Assembly (NCBI GenBank): GCA_032718475.1
Contig: JAUCBJ010008622.1
Coordinates: 87,826-151,825, forward strand
Direction of reading: 5' to 3'
Source: Nemertoderma westbladi
Taxonomy: Eukaryota; Animalia; Xenacoelomorpha
DNA length: 64,000 bases
The notes under the pieces are model-generated. The model did not search any database and was not told the DNA's origin. It saw only the letters and a program-made list of their open reading frames with translations. Position 1 is the first letter of the stretch; each line of letters opens with the position of its first letter. Shown here one piece after another: positions 48,653-59,430 of the stretch. Both the position numbers and the translations under genes were made by a program.

Positions 48653-51600
48653 ACCTCGGTAGAAGACAAGCAGGCTTTACAAAGCGTGGAGGAATCGATG
48701 ACATGCGATGAGGGGCGATATACCATAGGGATGGTATGGAAGCTACCGAAGCTACCGTTACCCGACAACAAAGGGATGGTACTTACGAGGCTTCGCAAAT
48801 TAAAGCAGACGTTAAAACGGAGCCCCGAGAAGAATGAGTATATCCACAAGACGATCAAGAAGTATGTCGAGAAAGGATGGGCCGTGGAGTTACCGGTCGA
48901 CGAACCAAACACGGATAGGACCTACTACCTGCCACTCCACGTGGCTTTAGACCCAAAGAAAGGTAAACTACGGATGGTAGTGGATGCATCGGCAAAGACC
49001 AACGGAAAATGTCTAAACGACTATCTGCTAGAAGGTCCCAACATTTACAACTCAGGGATAGAGGTCCTACTTAGATTTAGAAATGGGAAATACGCCTTCA
49101 CCTGTGACATAGAAGGCATGTTCAACCAAGTCCGTGTGACGGAAGAGGATAGCGACAGTCAACGCTTCCTATGGTACGACGGCGACGAGGAACCGTCGAC
49201 CATACCAATGTATAAGATGATAGTGCAGAACATGGGAGCCAAGTTGTCTTCATTTACAACGACTATGGCCGTAAGAGACACGGTAAAGGGCAAGGAGGAT
49301 AAATGTAGCACTAGAGCCGTCGACATGATTCGACGCGGCTTTTACGTAGACGACGGGATGATGTCTGGAAATACAGTTAAGGAGCTGCTGGACATAGGGC
49401 GCGAGGTTCGCGACATCCTTAAGGGATCCGGTTTTAACCTAACCAAATTCCAATCCAGTTCTGAGGAATTTATCAAGGCGATAGAGGATAGGAGACCTGA
49501 ATCGACCATGGATAATCCCACAACAGCCAAAGGGCAGGACATGGCGAATAAGAGAAGAGAGTCTCAACAGAAGGCACTGGGAATCGTGTGGGACAAAGAG
49601 ACAGATGAACTAAAGTACCAGTTAAGCCAGGAGGGCGCAGACATCCACACAAAGTGAGGCTATGTGTCGTACATAGCAAGAATATACGATCCCCTAGGCC
49701 TAGCATCCCCATTACTAGTCACGGGAAAACAAATACTCAAGAGAGTGTATAAACTAAAGGACGAGTGGGACGCAGAGGTCCCGGAAGTGATTAGAAAGCA
49801 GTGGCATAAGTGGACGGAGAGCATGGAGCAGATGGGAACATACAGCATGCCGCGAGTATATTTCCCAGATGGGAACATGACGAGCCTGGACCTACACATG
49901 TTCTCCGATGCGTCATTAGAGGCATACGGAGCAGCACTCTATTTAGTACAACAAGAAGGGGCTCATAAACCCAGACTCGCCTTCAGCAAGGCAAAGTCAA
50001 CGCCACCAGATTCGGCATCGGTTCCCAAACTAGAATTAACAGCTGCGAGACTAGGAGTTAGGGCCACGACCTACCTAATGAATACAATACCAAACATAGT
50101 GGAGACACACTACTGGACGGATTCCATGGTAGTGCTTGGCTGGCTACATAATGAGAAAACGCGGTACCCAAAATTCGTCGCAAATAGAGTGGACGAAATA
50201 AGGGCGACCACAGAACTGGAAAGGTGGCACTACTGCCCTACGGACGAGAACCCAGCGGACTTGTTATCGAGGGGCGTAGCACGCCACACTTTCTTAAGAA
50301 AGGAAGAATTGTGGCAACACGGGCCGCAGTTTCTGAGCGACAAGGAGGCCTGGCCGCCGATGAGAAAGGTGGACCCGGGCTCCAAAGTAGTGTCAGAGGG
50401 AGAAGAGGGAGATTCAGAAGGAGAAGAGATATACTCCCAGATGGTAAGGGAGATTAGGGACGTGCAACCAAAACAAGAACTATGCGATAACCCGACGGAT
50501 AAACTCCTCAGCTACAGCTCTAGTTGGTATAAGACCAAGAAATTAGTGGCGTACTGGAGAGCCTTCGGGAATTTCCTCGCGGGAGTCAGTAAGATCAAGA
50601 AGATCAGGACAACCATAGATCTGGAAGGAGCGGCTAAAGCAGTCATCCGCTATGAACAATGGAAGAACTACGGCGACGAGGTGGAACGTGTCGGTAAGCA
50701 ACAACATCTCCGACGGGACAGCGAGCTGACCATGCTGTCACCACAACTTAATGATGATGGGATTCTAGTAATGAACTCTAGGGTGGGTTACAACAACAGT
50801 ATTGTCGTACCACCAAAGCCCATCATCATCCCTACAGGATCGCCAATAGTCCACCAGATTATCTGGGACTCCCACAAGTCGATATTGCATGGGGGCACCA
50901 ACCGAACCCTCGCGGAGATAAGGAGGACCTACTGGGTTAAGCAGTTGAGGAAGAAGGTGAAAGCGGTAGTGGGGCAGTGCCAGACCTGCCGACGAGCAAA
51001 GAAGGAGCGAGCCATACAGGAGATGGCACCACTACCAGCGAGTAGAGTAAGACAGCACGACCCGCCATTTACGCATTGCGGTGTGGACATGTTCAGGCCG
51101 ATAAAGATCAAAGTGATGCGACACACGGATAAACGCTATGGCATTATCTTCGTATGCAACAACACACGGGCAGTAGGGATAGAACTTGCCCAAGATGCAA
51201 CTGCATCAGCATTCATTAATGCTTTAGAAAGGTTTAGAGACCGCAAAGGTGGGACGATCACAGTGATATACAGCGACAACGGCACCAATTTTGTGGGGGC
51301 AGAGTACGAGATGGCAGAGGCCTTGGACATCTTGGAAGGGGAGGAAGTCAGGGCAGCCATGAGACGACGACAAGTCAAGTGGGAGAGAAGGACGCCGTAT
51401 GCACCACATACACTAGGATGCGTCGGGAGACTAGTGGGCAGTTCAAAGCGTCTCATGACGAAATTAATGAATACCCATATGGTCACAGAGGACGTCCTGA
51501 GAACAGTACTTGCGAAGTGTGAGGGTATCATTAATAGCAGACCGCTATACCCGGAGAATGATGACCCTGAGTCATTAGAGGTGCTGACGCCCAGCCATTT

Positions 51601-51982
51601 TCTAATGGAAAGGCCAGCGACCATCGATATGCGGGGTGTAGATCCAGACGACATACACTCCCGCCAAAGTTGGAAAGTCGCTAAAGCAATCAGCGCAGAG
51701 TATTGGAGGAGGTGGGTCGAGGAATACCTACCCACGCTCCATAAAATAAGCAAGTGGAGGAAGCCGAACAGGGAGTTAAGAGAGGGAGATCTCGTAATCG
51801 TTACGGATGATACTATCATCAACAACCAGTGGCGGTTGGCGAGAGTTGTAGGCACTTACTCCGATGAGGACGGAAGAGTCCGATCGGTAGAAGTGCGGTT
51901 AGGTGGCAAGATAGGTGCAAAGGACAGAAAAACCTACAGAAGAGCAGTAGGGAAATGCTGTCTGTTAGAAGGGGCACCTTAA
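48653..51982 (+). pseudogene. BEL/Pao pol: RT, RNase H, integrase (frameshift near 49655)
   Basis: YYLPLH, LRMVVDAS, DIEGMF, FYVDD; FSDAS, PKLEL, WTDS, NPAD..SRG; H..HGG..CQTC, GVD, SDNGTNF; integrase Glu position reads GRLV. Confidence 0.93.
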
Positions 51983-52089
51983 TTTGGAGTTAGAGAGAGT
52001 TTAGTCTTCCAAGTTTTGGACTGAGGGGGGTGGGATTGAGGGCGAGACACCCTTCCCACACATAAAAATAAAAAATAAATAAATAAAAA

Positions 52090-52660
52090 TTAGAGTTAGT
52101 TAGTTAGGAGTCAGTTAGAAGGTACGTAGTATCCGGAGTTAGTTAGTTAGTTAGGAGTCAGTTAGAAGGTACGTAGTACCTAGAGTTAGTTAGTTAGAAG
52201 GTACGTAGTACCGCTAGTTAGAGAGTTAGAGGGTACGTAGTACCGCTAGCTAGAGAGTTAGAGGGTACGTAGTACCGCTAGCTAGAGAGTTAGAGGGTAC
52301 GTAGTAACGCTAGTTAGAGAAGAGTTCGAGGGTACGTAGTACCGCTAGTTAGAGAAGAGTTAGAGGGTACGTAGTACCGTTAGTTAGAGAGTTAGAGGGT
52401 ACGTAGTACCGTTAGTTAGAGAGTTAGAGGGTACGTAGTACCGCTAGTTAGAGAAGAGTTAGAGGGTACGTAGTACCGTCAGTTAGAGAGTTAGAGGGTA
52501 TGTAGTACCATTAGTTAGAGAGTTAGAGGGTACGTAGTACCGTTGGTTAGAGAGTTAGAGGGTACGTAGTACCGCTAGTTAGAGAAGAGTTAGAGGGTAC
52601 GTAGTACCATCAGTTAGAGAAGAGTTAGAGGGTACGTAGTACCGTTAGTTAGTTAAGGAG
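52090..52660. repeat. 31-34-bp tandem repeat in the BEL 3' UTR
   Basis: AGTTAGAGGGTACGTAGTACCGCTAGTTAGAG units. Confidence 0.9.
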
Positions 52661-52775
52661 AGTAAGAGTTAGTAAGAAAGTATATAGTACTAGTTAGTAA
52701 GAGAAAGAGATAGAGGTAGTAGGGTATATACAGATATAGATATCAGATAGTAGTTAGTAGCAAGAGGGGGGCATA

Positions 52776-53058
52776 TGAGTACAGCTGGATAAATCGTGTG
52801 GCCACACGACGCATACTGTTGTACTGCATAGGCCCACAGAGTAGGCCAGAATGTGGATTAGGAGATAGAATAATCCATAGAAAGTAGTAGGGTAGTAGAG
52901 TTAAGTTAAAATTAAAATCAGTAGTTTAGTCATAAATATACATTCAAAGTAAGTACTATAGTCATACAACCTTTTCCAATTAGCTACTGGACCAGGGAGG
53001 ACTGACTATGACGAACGAGACACCAGACGATTTCACACTTCTTGAGTGCGACGGCACA
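52776..53058 (+). repeat. Putative 3' LTR of the pol-bearing BEL element
   Basis: Follows PPT AAGAGGGGGG; TGAGT...GCACA ends; no partner LTR in the window. Confidence 0.5.
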
Positions 53059-53072
53059 GGAGGGGGGGTGAG

Positions 53073-53187
53073 TAATTGGTACTTATAGAGTAAGATAGAG
53101 TAGGCATAAATATAAGGCCTAATTAATTGGTACTTGTAGAGTAAGATAGAGTAGGCATAAATATAAGGCCTAATTAATTGGTACTTG
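53073..53187. repeat. 51-bp minisatellite, middle block
   Basis: Same unit as 30570-30805. Confidence 0.9.
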
Positions 53188-54473
53188 TGTTCGCGGTATT
53201 TCAACTTTTCATAACGCGAGTTGAATATTTTTTGTATTTATTTAAAATGATTATTCCGATATCACTACTGGGTGCGGGACCATGGGTTTTGGGCACATTC
53301 AATGGACTGGGGGCAATTTATGGGTGAACATTGGGGCGACTTACAGGGTACGGGACTCATTTCATGTTTATAAGGGCCAGGGGTGGGAGGCAAAATTAAG
53401 CAGTATTCAGGTTTGCCTGATTACTATTAGGCCTAGCCAACTTCCTGCTGCCTGTAGAGGTGGATTTGGTAACTCGCTAGGTCTAAAGGACAAGGACTGC
53501 CCTTAGCGGTCCCTGGCCAACAGCAGTTATTACGAGCCTTAAAAGGACATCGGAAAGTCTGCTGCTTGTGCCAGGGATTTGCGACGGGAAACAACAGCCC
53601 CCTTAGCTAAGCCGTACTGGTTCTCGATGACCGATCCCTTCGGGGTTCGCGAGGGGTGGGATGGACATGCGAAAGGGTTGGCCGACTTACAGAGGAAGGG
53701 TTTGACGAGGACTGCCCTTAGCGGTCTCTGGTCAACAGCAGTTATTACGAGCCTGAAAAGGAAATTCGGAAAGTCTGCTGCTTGTGCCAGGGATCTGCGA
53801 TGGGAACCGACGACAGACCCCTTAGCTAAGCCGTACTGGTTCTCGATGACCGATCCCTTCGGGGTTCATGAGGGGTGGGACGGACATGCGATGGGGTCGA
53901 AAGACAAAGGACTGGACGCTACTAGCCGGAGCAGTTTCTTGGCTGCCGAAGTGACTACGAGCCTGAATAAGGACTCGGAAAGCCTAGGTGGTTGGGTCTC
54001 TGCGATGAACCGACGGACCCCTAGCCAAACCGTACTGGTTCTCGATGATCGATCCCTCCGGGGATTGGGAGGGGTGGGACGGACACGCGAACGGGTCCAC
54101 CGACATGACAGACTCCTAGCCAAGCCTGTACTGGTTCTCGATGATCGATCCCTTCGGGGTATGGGAGGGGTGGGACGGATACGCGACAGAGTCTACCGAC
54201 TGGACCGACCCTTAGCCAAGCCGTACTGGTTCTCGATAATCGTTCCCTTCGGGGTTCGTGAGGGGTGGGACGGACACGCAACTTGGTCGACCGACACCGA
54301 CACTACGGCACCAAGACTAGGACCGAGGGAAAATCTGGGGAACATTAGTTAGGCTAAAATCTGAGCGAAACAGTGGGTAATTAAATAATATACTGTAGGG
54401 ATTTATATTGTCGTGTATAATTATTGTGAATATTTGGTGTATATTGATTTGGGGAAGCCCAAAATTATTCTCA
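53188..54473. mobile_element. Unclassified 1.3-kb insertion with GC-rich structured repeats (possible solo LTR)
   Basis: Interrupts the minisatellite; TG..CA ends; five copies of a ~70-nt motif. Confidence 0.4.
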
Positions 54474-54830
54474 AGGCCTAATTAATTGGTACTTGTAGAG
54501 TAAGATAGAGTAGGCATAAATATAAGGCCTAATTAATTGGTACTTGTAGAGTAAGATTGTAGTAAGTAGGCATAATATAAGGCCTAATTAATTGGTACTT
54601 GTAGAGTAAGATAGAGTAGGCATAAATATAAGGCCTAATTAATTGGTCCTTGTAGAGTAAGATAGTAGTAAGTAGGCATAATATAAGGCCTAATTAATTG
54701 GTACTTGTAGAGTAAGATAGTAGTAAGTAGGTATAATATAAGGCCCAATTAATTGGTACTTGTAGAGTAAGATAGTAAGTAGGCATAATATATGGCCTAA
54801 TTAATTGGTACTTATAGAGTGTGATAGTAA
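54474..54830. repeat. 51-56-bp minisatellite, right block
   Basis: Same unit family; lies next to a host exon donor. Confidence 0.9.
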
Positions 54831-54842
54831 GTAGATTCATAC

Positions 54843-54875
54843 CTGAGGCAGTTGGTGCTGGTGTTGTCGGAATTC
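54843..54875 (-). CDS. Host gene micro-exon, Thr/Pro linker (IPTTPAPTAS)
   Basis: 33 nt, acceptor atgcag, donor gtatga, phase 1-1. Confidence 0.55.
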
Positions 54876-55171
54876 CTGCATATAAATAAAATCATAATAT
54901 GTTATATTGTTACATTATAGCAATATTCTTTATATAATTTGTAATAATTAAATGTTTTATAAGATGTATCGTAAATGTATTACCAACTGCAAACGAGTAT
55001 TGCTACACTACTGCCTTTAATTTATTTAATTTAATTAAGCTGCATGTGCATTTAACACGAAGCGGCATTTGGGAAATAGGACATTCTCCCACCCCCAGTC
55101 TTTATATGTAACATAATTATTCTCATACTCATGATCAGACTCCAGATGGCAGACCTAGAAAAAAGTTTTAA

Positions 55172-55610
55172 CCATATTAAAACCAGGGGGGGGGGGGGTG
55201 GGGTCAATATGACCCCCCCCCCCCCCCCCATTTCCCGCCCACCTACATGGTTTTTTGTTATAAATCTGAAACAATCGCAGTTGTGAATCTGAAATTTTAT
55301 GACTTTTCCTAAAAATCTATTGTCTTCCTAATTGTGAAAAACGTTTTCAAAAACCCTACTTTTTAGTTTTACCCTACTTTTGGCATTTTTTGAAAATTAC
55401 ATTTCAAGAAATATGATTTTTAACATCTCTATTTTTTATGTATTTACACCGGTATTTTGGTGTTTGCAATTAGATCAAATTTCATATAAATTAATTTAGA
55501 AATTTCAAACATGTTTTTTTTCGGTGGGTGTCAGATTTTGGTGCATGCACCAAATTTTGAAATATGAAAATTTTGTAAATTGATTGTTTGAACCTGTCTT
55601 TTGCGCTTTT
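55172..55610 (+). mobile_element. Degenerate 5' fragment of the CCCTATTA-family MITE
   Basis: polyG-TCAATATGACCCC and following homology. Confidence 0.6.
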
Positions 55611-57293
55611 CTATTTCCATAAGAACAAATTAATATCTACTAGAACATGCAGCTTAAGTCGTTAAGTGCGTTATATTTGTAACTAATACACCATGTCCTG
55701 GAATATAATGTCTTTATTCATGTTCACACCCCCCCCCCCTTCCTAATGTGAAACTATCTCTGTTTCAAACTTCATGCAATGTCATTAAGATTTGTAGAAA
55801 AATTAGATGGGGGGTCCGTGTCATCAGAAAAAGACACTATATTACGGGTCATGGTGTGTATATGTATAATGGTAGTTGAAATTTGATTACAAAATTTATT
55901 TAGACTATATTTTTTAAAGTGATATTATATTTTATAAAACATGTTTGCGCCGGTTGCGAAGCCAATATTTGACCTAACAAAGAATGCCCAACGTTTGCGA
56001 CATTTGCGAAAATCGCGACGTTGGTGAAATTCGTCAGTTTCTTCACTCTAATGAAAAGGAAACAATAGAAAATAGTACCATCTCTCATCCGATACCAGAT
56101 TGGATTTTCTGGAATGGAGCGCACTTATCAGTTGATGCTATCTTCTGTGCTTCTCTATCTATGCGAAGATGGCATGGGGTTAGTGTAAGCGGATCCATTC
56201 CGCTCTACATTTCCAACCTAAAATGGGAAGGGAGCCAATTAAACAATATTGGACCCAGAGAAATGCCGAACCAGTAAGTGGGCTCCAACAAGCTTACTTA
56301 CAGCTACAGGTAATCAATCATACCAGGCAAATTGATGATGCAATAGGGCCAGCTGGTGGGTGAGTAAGGAACAATAAGAAGGCGGCATGTGGCATGTATT
56401 AACCAGAGGCCAAAGAAACGTGTTTGCCTCCTAAAGGCAATGTATTTTCCCAACATATGATACTGGTCATTGATTGTGCAACCAGGTGCCATTATATTCC
56501 ATACAGTGTAGAGGTGATATATTTTCTACCACTGCGCTTCCGGGATCCCATGCCAACCACGATCCCGTCACAAACAAAAAATTCCCGAATCATTATTAAA
56601 ATCATGACGTTGGCGTAATTCGCGAAAAATCCTTCAGTTTCTGTGCCCTAACGCATTCCACAGGGTGGGTGTCGCAGTAAAGTCAGATATGGGGCCATCA
56701 CCCATCACCATACTAACTCTGATGCACATTTGGCTATGCATCCCTCTTTGGCTATGCAGCTCATCTGCTGGGCCATGCCCTGTACCACTGCTGCCAGGTG
56801 CAGCTCGCAGTGAAGTGCACTTAAATTGGACATGAGAACACTCCACTCCTGACCAGCCATTGTTATCTGCCTGGTTAGGCCATATACCCCCACAGCCTAC
56901 AACCGACTATATGGGTCCTTCACCTTAACCCATGACCAAGGACATATCTATCCCAGAATGAAGGGGGTCCTAGTTACAGCACCAGATTTGCATTTAGTAA
57001 AAGGGTCTATGCAGCCACAGGTAGCACCTCTTTTATGCTACATGGAGGAGGCAAGTTTTCTGAATCAATGACCCAGATTATCAGACCTTTATTTCTCAAA
57101 TTTCCCCCAAGACTTCCTCATCCTCATCCACCTTTACTCAAAGGTTGAATATAATACTATTTACTGTATTTACTATTTATTATATACGTTTACTACCGTA
57201 TACATAAAATTACAAAATTACTTATACCTGACACACGTGTGGTTGGTGTTGAGATAAATGAGAAATTTTTTTTAAATAACATATTTATATTAC

Positions 57294-57497
57294 CTGAACA
57301 TCCTTTTGCACAGTATCCCCAGGTTGTTTCATCCGCGTTCCCAGTGTACGACCCAGTTGCACCACTAGTTAAGGTAATAGCACACCAATATTTATCCGTA
57401 GCAGATTCATGAAGACATTCTTCAGTGTCTGCTTCACTGGCAGGGTCAGCTTTGAATGGAAATCGGCAATAATTTCCACCCTCTGTTACACAAGCGA
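57294..57497 (-). CDS. Host gene exon, fibronectin type II-like domain
   Basis: 204 nt, acceptor ttacag, donor gtaata, phase 1-1; CVTEGGNYCRFPF...EECL...YWCAIT...TWGYCAKGCS. Confidence 0.82.
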
Positions 57498-58204
57498 CTG
57501 TAATAAACAATAATATATGTTAAAGGCCTACTTTATCCAGTATTGGCTGATGAAGAAATATTTTTGCCTCGTCCAACATAAATGTGTATAATAACATAAA
57601 TGCAAGGGTTTTGCTGCCATAGCACAATGTTGTGAGGGGATGAGCAGTCTTATTTTCCCATTTTATTAATCCCATTAAACCAGTGGGTTTACAATTAGAT
57701 GGAAATCATATAAATAAATTTAGAAATTTTAAACTTGTTTTTTTCGGCAGGTGGCAATTTTGGTGCCAGCACTAAAGTGGAAATCCACTCAACATTAAAA
57801 TTGCTTTGACAACTTATTTCTCGCGTTTTAGCGGTTTATGGCGGTTCTGAATTAAATGGAATAAATAATTATTTAATTAGATATCTCAAATTTGTATTTT
57901 TCCCAAGTGGGTGCAAAATTTGTAGCTAGCACCAAATTTTGAAAACCATGTTAGCGCATTTGAAAAAAAGACGTTCATTAATCTCATTTTTCATATATTT
58001 TGACTCTTTCCGATTATTTAATAAACTATGCGAGAATGAGAGTAAAATGCCCGCTCTGAGACACTGAAATGGTAATGGCGCCCCCTTTTGTTGGGGGCTG
58101 CCGCAACCATAATTTCAATTCAATTCAATGTATTTAATCAGATAAACTGACATATAAATAAAAGTGTAAAAATGCGGTTACTACCCGACCCGACCGAAAA
58201 AAAA

Positions 58205-59426
58205 AAATTTTTCGAAAAAATATACTGGGGTGGTTATATTGCAGCACCAAAATTACAAGTAGTGCACAATTCTCACAAAATGTGAAAGTTACATTTTTCG
58301 GCTAATTGTTTTTCAATACAGGTTTTCTGGGGCGCAAAATAGATTGGAAAATATTTAAAAATGAAATGGTTACTATAAATGGCTGTTTAGTCCTCTCTGC
58401 GTAGGAGAAAAATGAAAAAAACAAGTAACCAGCACTTTTCAGTTTGAACACAAAATTTTTAATTCACTTATACGATGCTATAAATTCACATTTTTAGGTT
58501 TTCGTGGGCGCTGATTCTAATGGAATACATTTCTAACTTGTAATTTGGCAAATTTTGGTGCTAGCACCAAATATCGTACCCATCACCAAAAAGTACAAGT
58601 TTGCGATGTCCAGTGCTGTTTTTATTGATTCCATCGGATTCAGGACGCTCATAAACCCGTATAACGCAAGAAACAAGATAATACGATCTTCTGATCAATT
58701 TGTTTATTTTCCAAAATTTGGTGCTGGCACAACAATTTTCACCCACCGGCGAAAAATACAAGTTTGAAAACTCGTTTGAAATTTTTACTGATTCCATTGA
58801 ATTCAGAACCCTCACAAACCCGTATAACGCAAGAAACAAGGAGACACAATCAATTGATTCATTTGATGGATTTCAAATTTTGGTGCTAGCACCACATTTT
58901 GCACCCACTTCCGAAAAATACAAGTTTGATACGCTTGGTGCAACTCGTATATATTTCATCGAAACCAGAACCCCAAAAAAACCCAATTGCGCAAAAAACA
59001 AGTTTCAAACAATCTATTTACAAAATTGACATATTTCAAAATTTGGTGCTGGCACCAAAATTTGGCACCCGCAGAAAAAAAACAAGTTTGAAATTTCTAA
59101 ATCAATTTATATGAATTCCATCCAATTGCTAACACCAAAAAACCGGTGTAAATCAAAAATAGAGATGTTACAATTCATATTTATTGAAATGAAATTTTCA
59201 AAAAACGCCTCAAAAAAGTGCCAAAAGTAGGGTTAAAAAATGGTTCTATAACTCGAAAACTACCCAATATTTTTGAAAACGGTTTTCACTACTAGGAAGA
59301 CAATAGATTTTTAGGAAAAGTCATAAAATTTCAGATACTCAACTGCGTTTGTTTCAGAATTATAATAAAAAAACCACGGGGGGTGGGGTCATATTGACCC
59401 CCCCCCCCCCCCCGGGTTTAATAGGG
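58205..59426 (-). mobile_element. CCCTATTA-family MITE, inverted and partial
   Basis: Ends TTTAATAGGG|TTAA at 59426; reverse complement of the complete copies. Confidence 0.75.
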
Positions 59427-59430
59427 TTAA

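Noticed and set aside
30806-53058. A single intact BEL element spanning gag to pol
   Set aside because: The two candidate LTRs are not homologous and no TSD can be shown.
53579-54352. 257-aa ORF
   Set aside because: GC-rich tandem repeats with shifting frames between units; no domain recognised.
55900-57120. Short ORFs, one with a weak LINE-like PTLWNAL motif
   Set aside because: Too short and degenerate to assign without a search.
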